A stretch of 64,000 nucleotides of DNA from an uncultured Acidimicrobiia bacterium (GCA_963786955.1 CAWBAT010000006.1:256001-320000); one strand, 5' to 3'. Shown: positions 34,098-44,543, counted from the first letter of the stretch. The notes: generated from the letters alone by a model not told the origin. Numbers and translations: made by a program.

Positions 34098-36653
34098 ATG
34101 AAGAAATTTAATGGATGGCTATGTTTTGCTGCTATTATCCTTGCCACCTCGTGGACATACTTTCTTCCACTCTTGTTAAAGGCTGATTTTCGAGCCCCGG
34201 TTGTGTTTTTTTTCGTTAATAAGCTCCTCCCTTTATTATTATTTCATATCGCTGTACTCCTTTTCCTAAATCTGCTGTTAAAGGCAAAAGCCAAGGCAAG
34301 TTTCCTCTTTTGGGGATTATCCCTTGTTGCTCTACTTGCCGCAGGAGGAGCACTGCGCTTGTCTGCATTTTTGGCAGTCACGCTGCTTGCCCTGACCTTT
34401 ATTATCTTGGGGCGGGTGGTCGCGACTAAGATCCTCCCAGAAGAAGCTCAAGGATGGGGACCTTCTTTAGGAATAGGGATTCTCATCGTCTCGATTCTTT
34501 CCTCGTTCTTGGCTTCCTTTCATCTTTTCAAAGGCTGGGTCCTGGGACCCGTGTTGCTCTTATTCCTGTTATTGATTTTCGCATTTCGACTACAGCCTCT
34601 TTCCCTCGCAACTTTCCGAGCCGGATGGAAAAACCTCTCCCAAAGTTGGACTCTCGCAACGGCATTGGCCCTTGAGGGAGCATTTCTGTTGGCCTCATTC
34701 ATTTATGTAACTGCAGCAGCACCTGAAATGACTTACGACGGAATTCGATTTTACGTCGCTTATATCAACCTCCTGAAGGCAAACTCTGGTTTTTTTAGTA
34801 TTCCTGAGCAGTGGTACTACATTGTCCCTCGGGCTGGACTCAGTTATGCCGGAACATTGATGATTCTGGGTGGGCAAATGGCCGCACGTTGGTCCATGTT
34901 TCTCGCCTGGCTGGCTCTGATTGGTATCGCCTGTCGAGGGCAAGTGAATGCACTGGGAAGCAATTTGGCCTTGGTTCTGGTGATGTCCTCTTGTCCAATA
35001 TATATTTGGTTCACTTCTTCACTGATGCAAGATACCTTTGTTTGTCTTGTCGTCGTTGGGCTCGCCCTTATCTGCATTGAAGGGAAAGATCCCGGTTCCA
35101 ATGGTTTTTGGGCTGCAGTGGGGGGCTCAATGGGCCTGGCCTGGTCTACGAAATATTCCATTTTGGCTTACGCTGCTCCGCTGGGCATCATCGCCCTAGT
35201 TAGAGCCGCGAAGCGATCGCGCTTGAAGCAGATGCTCATTGGAATGTCGGTCGCCCTAGCCAGCGCTCTCCTGGTCGCCGTCCCGTGGCTTTACAATACT
35301 TTTCGTAGCAGTGGTAATCCTTTCTTCCCTTATTTGGGCAAGTATTTTTCTTCCCCGCTGTGGCCAAATGCATCGCCGGATATTCTGGGGGACTTCACCA
35401 AATACCAGTTGCCAGGGGGATCTTGGCAGTTCCTGCGCTGGCCGATTGATTTTACTTACGGAGGCGATTTTGGTGTTTACTTTGGCGGCCTTGGATTATG
35501 CCTGGTCGTTTTGCTTGTTTTCGCCATTCCTGCCTTGCAGAACAGTAGCAGCGCCACCAAGGCATTTGCAATTTCTGGAATTCTGGGAACATTGTTGATT
35601 TGGAGGGTCACGGCCTATATCCGTTATTGGATTCCCGGTCTATGGCTATTCACCATGGCTTTGGTCCCTGGAATGGAAAGGATCGCTCGAACACGCCGTG
35701 AACAAGTCGGGGTCTGCTTGGTTGCACTCTTGCTGACTATTTCTCATCTACCTTTTCGGATGATTATCGCTTGGCATGAGCCCAAAGGATTTCCTTGGGA
35801 CTTGTACACAGGAAAGATAACGGAAGCTGCTTATGTTAGCCGGGAGTACCCTGCATTTTCAAAGATTCACAAGTTGCAGGAGTTCCGGGAGGACCTACCC
35901 AGGGTCTGGTTCACAGGTTATGAAGCAACTGGCCTTCTTCCCGTTGTCCCGCTGGAAGCCAGTATCTGGGAATTTAGGATGCATGGAGTTGAAGATACCC
36001 GCTCGATCATCAACTACCTGGGTTCGGTTGGTGCAAAGTACTGGATCATTAATCATAATTGGATTGAGACCCGATGGTTCAAGGATACATTCATTCCAAA
36101 GATTTACTGGTCCGAACAGCAACTTGTTGCATCCCAAGGCCCCATTGCGATTTATCGGATGAAGACAGCCTCTGAAGCTCTTTCGGAATTTGACAAGAGA
36201 AGCTTCCCCGGAACAGACCTTTTGTTTAATACAGGATTTGAAAAGGGCACAGCCAAAGCTCTCGCCGAATGGCGAACCATGGGAACTCCTCAATGGAAAT
36301 TCGGTGTGAAGGATGCACATTCGGGAGAAGGCTATATCCAGGTCAACTTTAAATCTTTTTTCTGGCAGAGGACATCCGTCCCGGTTGGCGTAAAGAATCT
36401 TGAGCTGACCCAATGGGTGAAAGCCACACAACCCGGCATTCCAGTTCTGGTGCGGCTACATCTGAGCTGGGAAGATCAGAAATGGAGGCCACTTTCAAGT
36501 CAGATTGAAGTCGTTCCAGCAGAAGATTCTTGGACTGAATATCGAATGAAAGCTGCAGTGCCTTCAGGAGCTGCGTATGCGGTTGTCTATTTATGCAGCC
36601 ACATTTGTTGTAATGATTTGGATTTCGATGAGGTACATCTCTACTCTCGTTAG
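34098..36653 (+). CDS. Polytopic membrane protein, probable GT-C glycosyltransferase with C-terminal CBM-like domain
   Basis: Many TM helices; YDGIRFY, KY, PW..N...GNPFFPY, RY motifs; C-terminal LFNTGFE..AHSG..DFDEV. Confidence 0.65.
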   Translation: MKKFNGWLCFAAIILATSWTYFLPLLLKADFRAPVVFFFVNKLLPLLLFHIAVLLFLNLLLKAKAKASFLFWGLSLVALLAAGGALRLSAFLAVTLLALTFIILGRVVATKILPEEAQGWGPSLGIGILIVSILSSFLASFHLFKGWVLGPVLLLFLLLIFAFRLQPLSLATFRAGWKNLSQSWTLATALALEGAFLLASFIYVTAAAPEMTYDGIRFYVAYINLLKANSGFFSIPEQWYYIVPRAGLSYAGTLMILGGQMAARWSMFLAWLALIGIACRGQVNALGSNLALVLVMSSCPIYIWFTSSLMQDTFVCLVVVGLALICIEGKDPGSNGFWAAVGGSMGLAWSTKYSILAYAAPLGIIALVRAAKRSRLKQMLIGMSVALASALLVAVPWLYNTFRSSGNPFFPYLGKYFSSPLWPNASPDILGDFTKYQLPGGSWQFLRWPIDFTYGGDFGVYFGGLGLCLVVLLVFAIPALQNSSSATKAFAISGILGTLLIWRVTAYIRYWIPGLWLFTMALVPGMERIARTRREQVGVCLVALLLTISHLPFRMIIAWHEPKGFPWDLYTGKITEAAYVSREYPAFSKIHKLQEFREDLPRVWFTGYEATGLLPVVPLEASIWEFRMHGVEDTRSIINYLGSVGAKYWIINHNWIETRWFKDTFIPKIYWSEQQLVASQGPIAIYRMKTASEALSEFDKRSFPGTDLLFNTGFEKGTAKALAEWRTMGTPQWKFGVKDAHSGEGYIQVNFKSFFWQRTSVPVGVKNLELTQWVKATQPGIPVLVRLHLSWEDQKWRPLSSQIEVVPAEDSWTEYRMKAAVPSGAAYAVVYLCSHICCNDLDFDEVHLYSR

Positions 36654-36679
36654 CTGATTTGATTTCCGAATCCATAAGT

Positions 36680-37940
36680 TTAAGACTTATGGGAAATTTT
36701 CAACTCATTGGTTTTTTTGATCAATGCACGTCTGGCTTCGACCCCATTGCGGTACCCAATCTGTTCTAGTCTCTTGAGGCTCACGTGGGCGCCTTCGTTC
36801 ATCGTTCCACAACCAAACCACCAGACTCCGTCTGGCTGAAATTGGAGAATATCCTCCAAGTCATACTGCCAGCTCTGTTCTAAAGTGATGGGGAGGGGCC
36901 AGGGCATCCCCCAGGTCATCACACCGCGCGGCAGATAATAGACCTTTAATCCCTTCTTTCTTGGGCTGATCGAGACAAAAATCCATCATGGCATAACGAT
37001 GATCCCACTTTTCGTACTCGTAGGTAACTCCCGCCCAAGCGGGAAATTGCGCGTGAAATTGTTTGAGATCCACTTCCTGACCGGCTGCATAGGTTTTTCT
37101 GCCCGTCTCACAGATCATTGCCAATTCACCCCGAAATCCTTTCGCTCGGGTCGCTTCTTCAACAACTCGAAGGATTCGCAATCGAGAATAGTCGTATACT
37201 CGCGCCAAAACGAAACATCGAATGTTCTCGGATCAAAAGGATGACCCAACTGCCTAAAAGGTGGATACCCTTTTTCTTTTGCCCACGCTTCATAAAGTGG
37301 AATCCGCTGTTCGACCTCCACTCCGGCGCCTTCCAGTTCAACACAAATCCCGCCAATACCAGGAAACTGCTCGACCATTTCCTCAAACATCTGCACGATG
37401 CGCTCGAGTAGTTCTGGCGTATCTGTATCGAAGATCCCCACTTGAAACGGCAATGAAAAACCACTCATCCGAGTGATAGTGCGGTATGGTTTCGACTGGA
37501 ACTTCCTGACATCGAAATATGTCGCAACAGCCCCCAGCCAGACCTTGATGCTCCGCTTGTTTGCTTCCTCAATGACAAAGCGAACGAGTTCATTATCCGA
37601 TGCAATGTTCAGATTCTCAGGGGTCTGGTCGAGAAAATCCAAGTCGAGAGCGATAACCTGTCGTGAGCCACTTCACGAAGATCATCAGAGAATTCATCCC
37701 CGCCTGAGCCATATCGTCAAGAAGCGACAAGTAATCACTCTTCTCAAAGGCCTCCATTCCACCTGTCCCGGGCGTGGTGTAATCCCAAAAACCCAATTCC
37801 TTGAGAAAGGGTTTCCCCACGCGTTCATCCTCTCTCGTTTCAGCGGAGAGTGGGAATAGGTTGACTGCTGCACCGACTGTCGAGGCAGCAAGTAACTGGC
37901 GGCGCGTCAGACGATTCGTAGAACCCCAAAATGATGCCAC
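36680..37940 (-). CDS. Tat-exported hypothetical protein (putative glycoside hydrolase-like TIM barrel), split by about three frameshifts
   Basis: TRRQLL Tat motif; LLDDMAQAGMNSL, EEANKRSIKVWLG; consecutive pieces 37617..37940, 37115..37642, 36861..37208, 36680..36922. Confidence 0.6.
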
Positions 37941-37959
37941 TTAGTTCTCCTTAAAATAC

Positions 37960-38131
37960 ACGACAGGCGTGGACGCCTGTCGCCACACAAGGCAGTAGCA
38001 ACAGGCCTCCTGGCCTGTTGTCCGGGGCCAGCGGCCCCGGCTAGAACCGATCTTTACAATACTGCACGACCGGCTCTGTAGCTGGCCTCGCTGAGGCCGG
38101 CACATGTCCGGGGCCAACGGCCCCGGCTACA
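37960..38131. repeat. REP-like palindrome cluster
   Basis: ACGACAGGCGTGGACGCCTGTCG, GTAGCAACAGGCCTCCTGGCCTGTTG, CCGGGGCCAGCGGCCCCGG, GGCCTCGCTGAGGCC. Confidence 0.85.
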
Positions 38132-38158
38132 ACATAATCACTCCACAGGAGTCCACAC

Positions 38159-38828
38159 TCACCGCACCATGAAGACCAGAAAATACTGATAGGGCAGGAA
38201 GGTATGCTCCTGGACGAGGCGAAAGCCGGAAGACTCCATCTGTTGAATGAGATCTTCGCGAGCAATCTTCATATCCACCGGTGGACCTACGGGAAGTTCC
38301 CTCTTCTGAAAATCGATCATGATGATTTGCCCACCTGCTCGCAGCGCTTTTCTCAATCGCGCAAGATATTGAGGGCGATTTTCGATATGATGCCAGGTAT
38401 CGCAGATAAAGATCCGATCCACAGAGGCGTCCGGCAGGCGAGGATCGTCCGCAGCTGCTTAGGACGGTCGTCACATTCCTGGCGTTTGTTTCCTGGAACC
38501 GTCGATTCATGTAGTCGATCATGTCCTGACTCACATCTACTGCGTAGACTTTTCCAGACTCCTTTAATGCATTCGAGAAACGGATGGTAAAATAGCCCGA
38601 GCCTGCCCCGATATCCGCAACCACTTCCCCTGGCTTTAAGGCAAGAGCATCCAGTACATCGTTTGGTTTCTGATAATTTTCCCGATTGGGGTCCTCCAGC
38701 GCAGCAATGTAGGCCTTGGGATCATCATGCAGGGCATGCATCGCATGCTGGTCGGGCTTGACCGGGTTCTGTGCAAAAACCCCAAAAGGAATAAGCAATA
38801 GAAATAGGGTTTTTCGCAAAAAGTGCAT
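38159..38828 (-). CDS. Class I SAM-dependent methyltransferase with N-terminal signal-like peptide, frameshift near 38455
   Basis: VADIGAGSGYF, VYAVDV, DRIFICDTWHHI, GGQIIMIDF. Confidence 0.85.
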
Positions 38829-38910
38829 TGATCAATCTCCTTTTAAATATGATTCCTTTTATCGAATTCAACAAGTATCCGCACTCAGACCGTAAAATGA
38901 AGGAACCAAT

Positions 38911-39015
38911 ACTAATGCATTAAATTGGCGTCGCCATCTCGCTTGGGTAGCCACGCTGAGTCCGCGGCGGCGAACGAGGCGTGGGTGAGTCGTAACAATA
39001 CATCATGCGTTTGTA
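38911..39015. repeat. ~100-bp element, inverted copy of 55961..56056
   Basis: GCATTAAATTGGCGT..CGCTTGGGTAGCCACGCTGAG..CGAGGCGTGGGT..CGTAACAATACAT.ATGCGTTTGTA matches the reverse complement of 55961..56056. Confidence 0.85.
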
Positions 39016-39036
39016 TTAGAGTATCTTCCATCCCGG

Positions 39037-40056
39037 CTAGGCCGTCGTTCCGCCGCAACTGCTACCCGAACCAGCCGTACAACCAAAACAATGAGAGGCA
39101 AACCGGATCTTACGCTTGAGGAGAGCGTTCAAATTAAAATTAAACACCGTCATCGGTTCCCCATTGAAAACCTGCATTTCCAGCATCTGGTTGAAATCGC
39201 AATCATAGAGCTTCCCGTCATGGCCAACACTGATGAGCGAACGACACATGAGGCCCTCTGCGGCGTGAGGATTGAAGGCATTGACAAGTTTAGTCATGTA
39301 ATCATCAAATGCTCCCAACTGATCGAGTTGCGTTGCAAAGCGATTGATCGGCATATTCGTGATGGTATAAAGGTGATTAAAAAATAGCCCATAGTCCGCA
39401 TAAAGCCTCCGCTTGAAATCAGCTTCCAGGCCAGGTTGAGAGGCCGGTAAAAAAGCTCCCACCGGGTTATACACCAGGTTCAAGACACGGGAATTCCCTT
39501 CCCTGCCGTAGCCTTCGGCGTTCAAGAGCCGTATGGACTCGATACTTTTTTGGAAGACTCCGGTCCCCCGTTGTTTATCCGTGAAATACGAGTCATAGTA
39601 AGGCAATGAGGCGATGACCTCCACTTCGTTGTCCGCAAAAAACCTTGGAAGATAAGCTTTGGATTCTCCGGTCACCGGATTGCCATCCAACGAAACAGTG
39701 AGGTTATGCCTTACGATCACGTGCTTGTTCAACTTGTGCGCAGCCGCAACAAAGGAATCAAAATAGGGATTCAGTTCGGGAGCACCTCCCGTAATATCAA
39801 GGTTTTCGATCTCATCCAACTCAAGAATTCTTAAACAGCGCTCCATGACAGGCCAATTCATTTGCTCGGTTCGTTGGGGAGAGGCATCCACATGGCAATG
39901 ACGGCAGGCCTGATTGCACAGCTTCGTGATATTGGCCTGCAGAGTCCCGAGGGACAAGGGCTGGAGAGTGAGCGCGTGCTCCTGCAAAACCTGCTGGAAA
40001 CTGTATTTTCCATGATTGTCCGTCTCGAAAACCTGAAATTGGACTGAATTCTTCAT
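39037..40056 (-). CDS. arsS: Arsenosugar biosynthesis radical SAM protein
   Basis: CNQACRHC, DITGGAPELNP, LNLVYNPVG, ITNMPINRF, LMCR, YDCDFNQM, HCFGCTAGSGSSCGG. Confidence 0.92.
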   Translation of the reverse strand: MKNSVQFQVFETDNHGKYSFQQVLQEHALTLQPLSLGTLQANITKLCNQACRHCHVDASPQRTEQMNWPVMERCLRILELDEIENLDITGGAPELNPYFDSFVAAAHKLNKHVIVRHNLTVSLDGNPVTGESKAYLPRFFADNEVEVIASLPYYDSYFTDKQRGTGVFQKSIESIRLLNAEGYGREGNSRVLNLVYNPVGAFLPASQPGLEADFKRRLYADYGLFFNHLYTITNMPINRFATQLDQLGAFDDYMTKLVNAFNPHAAEGLMCRSLISVGHDGKLYDCDFNQMLEMQVFNGEPMTVFNFNLNALLKRKIRFASHCFGCTAGSGSSCGGTTA

Positions 40057-40058
40057 CC

Positions 40059-40391
40059 CTATCCGCCCAAACGCTCAAGAGTATTATGCATCTGAACACC
40101 ATGGACTAGAGTCATCCCCGCCTCCATCGCAGCAGCCACGTGAACGGCTTCCGTCATTTGTTCCGGACTAGCTCCAGATTCAAGGCATTGTATGGTATAG
40201 GCATCAATACAATAAGGGCACTGCCGCGAATGGGCGACGGCAAGAGCGATTAAAGATTTCTCTCGTCGGCTGAGGCTGCCATCTTCACCGGTCACTTTGT
40301 TGTAGTAAGAAAAGAATGCGTCCATGAGCTCTTTCCGAAACTTCCCGAATTCAGAAAATCGTTTGAGATCATCGGACTCGTAATAATGCAT
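40059..40391 (-). CDS. Arsenosugar-associated AhpD/CMD peroxidase-like protein
   Basis: REKSLIALAVAH..QCPYCIDAY, EAVHVAAA; lies 2 nt upstream of arsS. Confidence 0.9.
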   Translation of the reverse strand: MHYYESDDLKRFSEFGKFRKELMDAFFSYYNKVTGEDGSLSRREKSLIALAVAHSRQCPYCIDAYTIQCLESGASPEQMTEAVHVAAAMEAGMTLVHGVQMHNTLERLGG

Positions 40392-40506
40392 GATTTCTCC
40401 TTTATTCGTTAAGTCTCGAATCTTCGACTGACCGGAAACTGAACTGGTCTGCGAAGAAAAGTCAAAAAACGATTCTCTTAATAAAACACTAGAAAACTAT
40501 GGCCTA

Positions 40507-40678
40507 CCGTAATGCGTTAGTTACGGGGGGAAATCTGTAAGGGCAAGGCCTTCGGTGACGATTTGAGATTGTCGCTTCTGTAGTGGCTGAGTGGGTAGGG
40601 ACGGACCGCCGGGCCGTCCGCGGCGCGCTCGGCGAGCGCGCCCTACCAGAAATTCCCCCGATAACTAACGCATAACGG
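40507..40678. mobile_element. MITE-like element with ~38-bp imperfect TIRs enclosing REP-like hairpins
   Basis: CCGTAATGCGTTAGTTACGGGGGGAAAT ... ATTCCCCCGATAACTAACGCATAACGG; inner GGACGGACCGCCGGGCCGTCC and GCGCGCTCGGCGAGCGCGC. Confidence 0.7.
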
Positions 40679-40919
40679 CCTACCTTCAACGCTCATCTTA
40701 GCGCAGAACCCCTTCTCACCGCTAGAAGCTGTTCCCGGAGAATTAGCAATGGGCTTGACAATATCGTTCCTCGGCAGATCTTTCAATTGGATAGGATATC
40801 CTTTCATTTGTAGTTGTCCAAGACTCCCTTTCCGCCGCCGGTGCAGGAGCTAAACAAGCGCTAGACAGCGGCAATCATTCGAGACGGGAAAATGGGAATC
40901 CCTGACGCCTAGGGAAGGC

Positions 40920-41013
40920 GTGAAGAAATTGTAGCGGCGCTCTACGAGCGCCGACCAAGCCGCTGATATGAAAGAAATCCGGCGGTCACAGACCGCAGCT
41001 ACAATTATTTCAC
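40920..41013. mobile_element. MITE-like element with GTGAA termini enclosing a REP-like doublet
   Basis: GTGAAGAAATTGTAGC ... GCTACAATTATTTCAC (14/16). Confidence 0.6.
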
Positions 41014-41261
41014 CTTTAGGGCTTTGGGGGTTGTTTTCGATTGTTCATTTTCCTCAGAAGTGGTACTTATTGGGCTGCAATCCCTGGGTTATCAGTCAAC
41101 AATCGCTTCATTCCCGATTGGCAATTCTAAGCAACGACGAAACCGTTGTCGGCTGCAGCTATTGACTTTGTCTTGGAGCTGAGCGGGCCGTTGTTTCCGA
41201 AACGCTACCGGCAGCACTCAGTCAACTAACAAACCAACTCAATTCAATTAAGGAGAAATAG

Positions 41262-41888
41262 ATGAACAAATACATCATGGAATTGATCGGGACTTTTTTT
41301 CTGGTCCTTACAATCGGACTAACGGTTATTGGAGGCGGGGGTGGAGTTATCCCGCCCCTGGCGATTGGCTCGGTACTTATGGCAATGGTCTTTGCGGGTG
41401 GCCACATCTCGGGAGGCCACTACAACCCTGCTGTAACATTGGCGGTATGGATTCGTGGGAGATGTGCAACTAAAGATGTCGTGCCATACTGGGCGGTTCA
41501 AATTATTGGAGCAGCGGCCGCTGCCGGAGTCGTCAAAATGCTCAGAGCTGGAGTTGCCGTCACACCGATGAACCCCGACGTGGCCCCGGCATTGATTGCG
41601 GAGTTTATCTTTACTTTTGCTCTGGCTTTCGTCGTGGTGAGTACCGCCACTGCCAAAGGCAATGCGGGAAATTCATTCTATGGACTGGCCATTGGCTTCA
41701 TCGTGCTCGCCGGCGCTTTTTCGGTCGGCAACATATCAGGCGGGGCCTTTAATCCGGCAGTGGCGATTGGTATTATAGCCATGGGCATCGTCGGCGGGGG
41801 AAGCCTCTGGATCTATCTGGTTGCGAATCTACTCGGCGGTGCCGCTGCGGGACTCGTTTTTAAATCACTCTGCCCCGATGACAAGTAA
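41262..41888 (+). CDS. Aquaporin / MIP channel
   Basis: ELIGTF, SGGHYNPAVT and SGGAFNPAVA NPA motifs; AAGGAG RBS. Confidence 0.95.
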   Translation: MNKYIMELIGTFFLVLTIGLTVIGGGGGVIPPLAIGSVLMAMVFAGGHISGGHYNPAVTLAVWIRGRCATKDVVPYWAVQIIGAAAAAGVVKMLRAGVAVTPMNPDVAPALIAEFIFTFALAFVVVSTATAKGNAGNSFYGLAIGFIVLAGAFSVGNISGGAFNPAVAIGIIAMGIVGGGSLWIYLVANLLGGAAAGLVFKSLCPDDK

Positions 41889-42021
41889 ATAATTATCCAA
41901 CGAGAGAAAACCACGGAGAACAAAGGAATAGGATTTCCGGTCTGTAATTTGCGGTCCGCGCTTCGGACCTTTGAAGGCTGGAGAGAATACTCTTGGGCTC
42001 CGTGGTTCCATGTCTTGACTC

Positions 42022-43158
42022 TCACCTCCCATGGAAGAGCATCAACAACAGCTTACCTGAAGAATCTTCAGTAGAATAACTCCCTCCATTCAAGTTCCTT
42101 TTCCGCAACAGACGAACCAGCTGCCGCGTGCGGTTGCATATCGAACAGACCGAAAGCATAACCGGTACCTCGATCAGAACTCCAACAACGGTAGCCAGAG
42201 CTGCTCCCGAGCTTGGTCCAAAGAGAGCGATTGCCGTGGCCACGGCCAGCTCAAAGAAATTGCTGGCCCCAATCAAGGCACCAGGGGCCGCCACGGAGTA
42301 CGGGACCCGCAGCAGTCGCATGAGTCCGTAAGTCAACGATGAGTTGAAATAGACCTGGATTGTAATTGGAATTGCAATCAACAGGACGTGAAGGGTCTTG
42401 CCGGTGATGTTATCCGCTTGGAAGCCGAAGATCAGAACCAACGTTGCCAGCAGAGCCAGCATGCTCACGGGTGCAAACCGGGGCAGCAGTAGCTCTTCAA
42501 ACCACCTAGCCCCGCGCCTCCGAATGAACCAGAATCTCAAGCCAGTACCGAGCGCCAGGGGAATAACGATGAAAACAGCCACCGAGTAGAGCAATACCTG
42601 AAATGGCACTTCCAGTGAGGAGGCGCCACTCACCAGGAACCGGACGATGGGTGCAAAAAGAAAAAGCATGATCAAGTCATTGACGGACACCTGCACCAAA
42701 GTATAGGCAGGATCCCCATCCGTCAGATAGCTCCACACAAACACCATGGCAGTGCAAGGTGCGGCAGCCAGGATGATCGTCCCCGCGATGTATTGATCCG
42801 CGTCAGCGGAGCCGATCCAGGAGGCAAAGACGTAACGGAAAAACAGCCAGGCGAAGAGAGCCATCGAAAAGGGCTTCACCAGCCAGTTCACAAACAGGGT
42901 GACGATTAAGCCACGAGGCCGTTTGCCCACGTTGCGGATCGAGGCAAAGTCCACCTTCATCATCATCGGGGTGATCATCAGCCAAATCAGGACGGCAATG
43001 GGTACGTTGATCTGGCTGCCCTCACCAAATTCCAGGCGTCTCATACCATCAATGAAGCCAGGAAGCAATTTGCCAAGGAGGACTCCCGCTAACATGCAGG
43101 CCCCAACCCAGAAGCTCAAATAGCGTTCAAACGTGTTCAGTCGTTTCGTTGTTTCCAT
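42022..43158 (-). CDS. acr3: Acr3 arsenite efflux transporter (C-terminus probably frameshifted, true stop near 42090)
   Basis: FERYLSFWV, NWLVKPF, AAAPCTAMVFVWS, GASNFFELAVA, VGVLIEVPVML. Confidence 0.95.
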   Translation of the reverse strand: METTKRLNTFERYLSFWVGACMLAGVLLGKLLPGFIDGMRRLEFGEGSQINVPIAVLIWLMITPMMMKVDFASIRNVGKRPRGLIVTLFVNWLVKPFSMALFAWLFFRYVFASWIGSADADQYIAGTIILAAAPCTAMVFVWSYLTDGDPAYTLVQVSVNDLIMLFLFAPIVRFLVSGASSLEVPFQVLLYSVAVFIVIPLALGTGLRFWFIRRRGARWFEELLLPRFAPVSMLALLATLVLIFGFQADNITGKTLHVLLIAIPITIQVYFNSSLTYGLMRLLRVPYSVAAPGALIGASNFFELAVATAIALFGPSSGAALATVVGVLIEVPVMLSVCSICNRTRQLVRLLRKRNLNGGSYSTEDSSGKLLLMLFHGR

Positions 43159-43231
43159 AGGTTCTTAGATTTGTATCGCTTCTCAATCTCTGGAAATAAT
43201 TGATCAAGACTCGTTACATGGCCGAACATTC

Positions 43232-43723
43232 TCATTTCTGACCGATTTGATCGATTTCCTTCTTGATGGCCAGCTTGCCTAGGGTAGCGAGCGGCAGGCA
43301 CAAAAAAAGATTGATTCGCCGATCCAGAATCGTGAAGGCGTCGAGAAAGGCGCGGTCGATCTGCTCCTGCGAGCCTTCGACCGCAGCGGGATCGGGGATA
43401 CCCCAGTGCGCCGTCATAGGCTGGCCGGGCCATATCGGACATACTTCCTTCGCAGCGTTGTCACAGACCGTGAATACGAAGTCTAAGTGTGGGGCTTCAG
43501 GCTTCGCGAATTCTTCCCAGCTTTTGCTGTGCAAACCGGTGGTCGGGAGCTTCGCGTTCTCAATCTGCCGAAGCGCTGCGGGATGGATTTCGCCCTTGGG
43601 ATGGCTGCCAGCGCTATAACCGGCAAAGTTCGGGGGGCCTTTCCGGTTGAGAATCGCCTCGGCCATAATAGAGCGTGCAGAGTTTCCGGTACACAGGAAC
43701 AGAACGTTATAGCGGCGTTGCAT
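43232..43723 (-). CDS. arsC: Arsenate reductase (LMW-PTP, thioredoxin-coupled type)
   Basis: LFLCTGNSARS, FTVCDNAA.EVCP.WPG, HWGIPDP. Confidence 0.95.
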   Translation of the reverse strand: MQRRYNVLFLCTGNSARSIMAEAILNRKGPPNFAGYSAGSHPKGEIHPAALRQIENAKLPTTGLHSKSWEEFAKPEAPHLDFVFTVCDNAAKEVCPIWPGQPMTAHWGIPDPAAVEGSQEQIDRAFLDAFTILDRRINLFLCLPLATLGKLAIKKEIDQIGQK

Positions 43724-43747
43724 GTCAATCCCCTTTCACGGGAGGGA

Positions 43748-43863
43748 AGGTGTGAAAAGATTCCGCCGGGTCGGGGGACCCGGCCTACAACATAATGGTA
43801 AGCCCTTTGAAATAATTGTAGGCCGCGTGACCTCACGCGGCGTTTTCCAATCCTTTCACACCT
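43748..43863. mobile_element. MITE-like element with GTGTGAA termini between arsR and arsC
   Basis: AGGTGTGAAAAGATT ... AATCCTTTCACACCT (14/15); inner GCCGGGTCGGGGGACCCGGCCTACA, the same REP family as at ~29706. Confidence 0.65.
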
Positions 43864-43920
43864 CCAGGGTGCTGGTGGTTTTCGTTTCGATTCCAAAGTC
43901 TTTCGAGCGACAGTACACTG

Positions 43921-43942
43921 CATCTGCGTAGGCGAATATATA
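43921..43942 (-). promoter_or_regulatory. Putative second ArsR operator upstream of arsC
   Basis: Minus strand carries TATATTCGCCTA, a 12-nt match to the palindrome arm at 44316..44327. Confidence 0.55.
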
Positions 43943-43957
43943 AGAGCAAAAAAAAGC

Positions 43958-44315
43958 TTACGGCGGGCAGCACCCACCCTTTTTGCGGAGCTGTTTCACT
44001 CGCTTTTCATCGGCCGCAAGTTCGGGCACGTCCAGAAAGCAACTCTGAAGACACCGGATCAGATCCCGCTGAAACTTGGTTGGCGGCAGGGGCCAGCCGA
44101 TAGTAGTTCCAAAGACCGTTCTTCCGTGTTTGAACTAAACCGGCCTTACGAAGATAGGCGAGATGCCGCGATGCAGTCGGTTGCGGAACCTGAATCGCGG
44201 CTACAATGTCTCCCACACAAAGCTCGCCACCGAGTAAGAGACGCAGAATTCGTAAGCGCGTCCCATCTGAAAACGCCCGGAACATCAAGTTGGCTTCAGT
44301 CCCCACTCTCTTCAT
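43958..44315 (-). CDS. arsR: ArsR/SmtB repressor, frameshift near 44070, C-terminal GGCCPP
   Basis: FRAFSDGTRLRIL..ELCVGDI..SRHLAYLRKAGLV; the shifted frame continues LQSCFLDVPELAADEKRVKQLRKKGGCCPP*. Confidence 0.9.
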
Positions 44316-44340
44316 TATATTCGCCTAAGCGATTATAATG
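44313..44340. promoter_or_regulatory. Putative ArsR operator overlapping the arsR start codon
   Basis: 12-4-12 inverted repeat CATTATATTCGC-CTAA-GCGATTATAATG, one mismatch. Confidence 0.75.
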
Positions 44341-44543
44341 AGATTGTGTTTCCCCAGTAAAGGGTGAATTTGAATGGACACGTTTTGGGTACGTAATACA
44401 GTCTTCAAATTATTCGGGACAGCTCTGCTCCCGACCTTATAGTCAGATTTGGAATGAAGGGGAACATCTCTCTAGTAGGGCCACTGGACTTGCACTTCTT
44501 CCGCTTCTTGCATTCTTCAGGAACTCGCGCTATTATTTTCAAG

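Noticed and set aside
38159-38828. arsM call for the methyltransferase next to arsS
   Set aside because: It has a signal-like N-terminus and no evident ArsM cysteine pattern, so it was left as a generic class I MTase.
41095-41230. Riboswitch upstream of the aquaporin
   Set aside because: Hairpins are present but I could not match any riboswitch consensus by eye; an Rfam scan would be needed.
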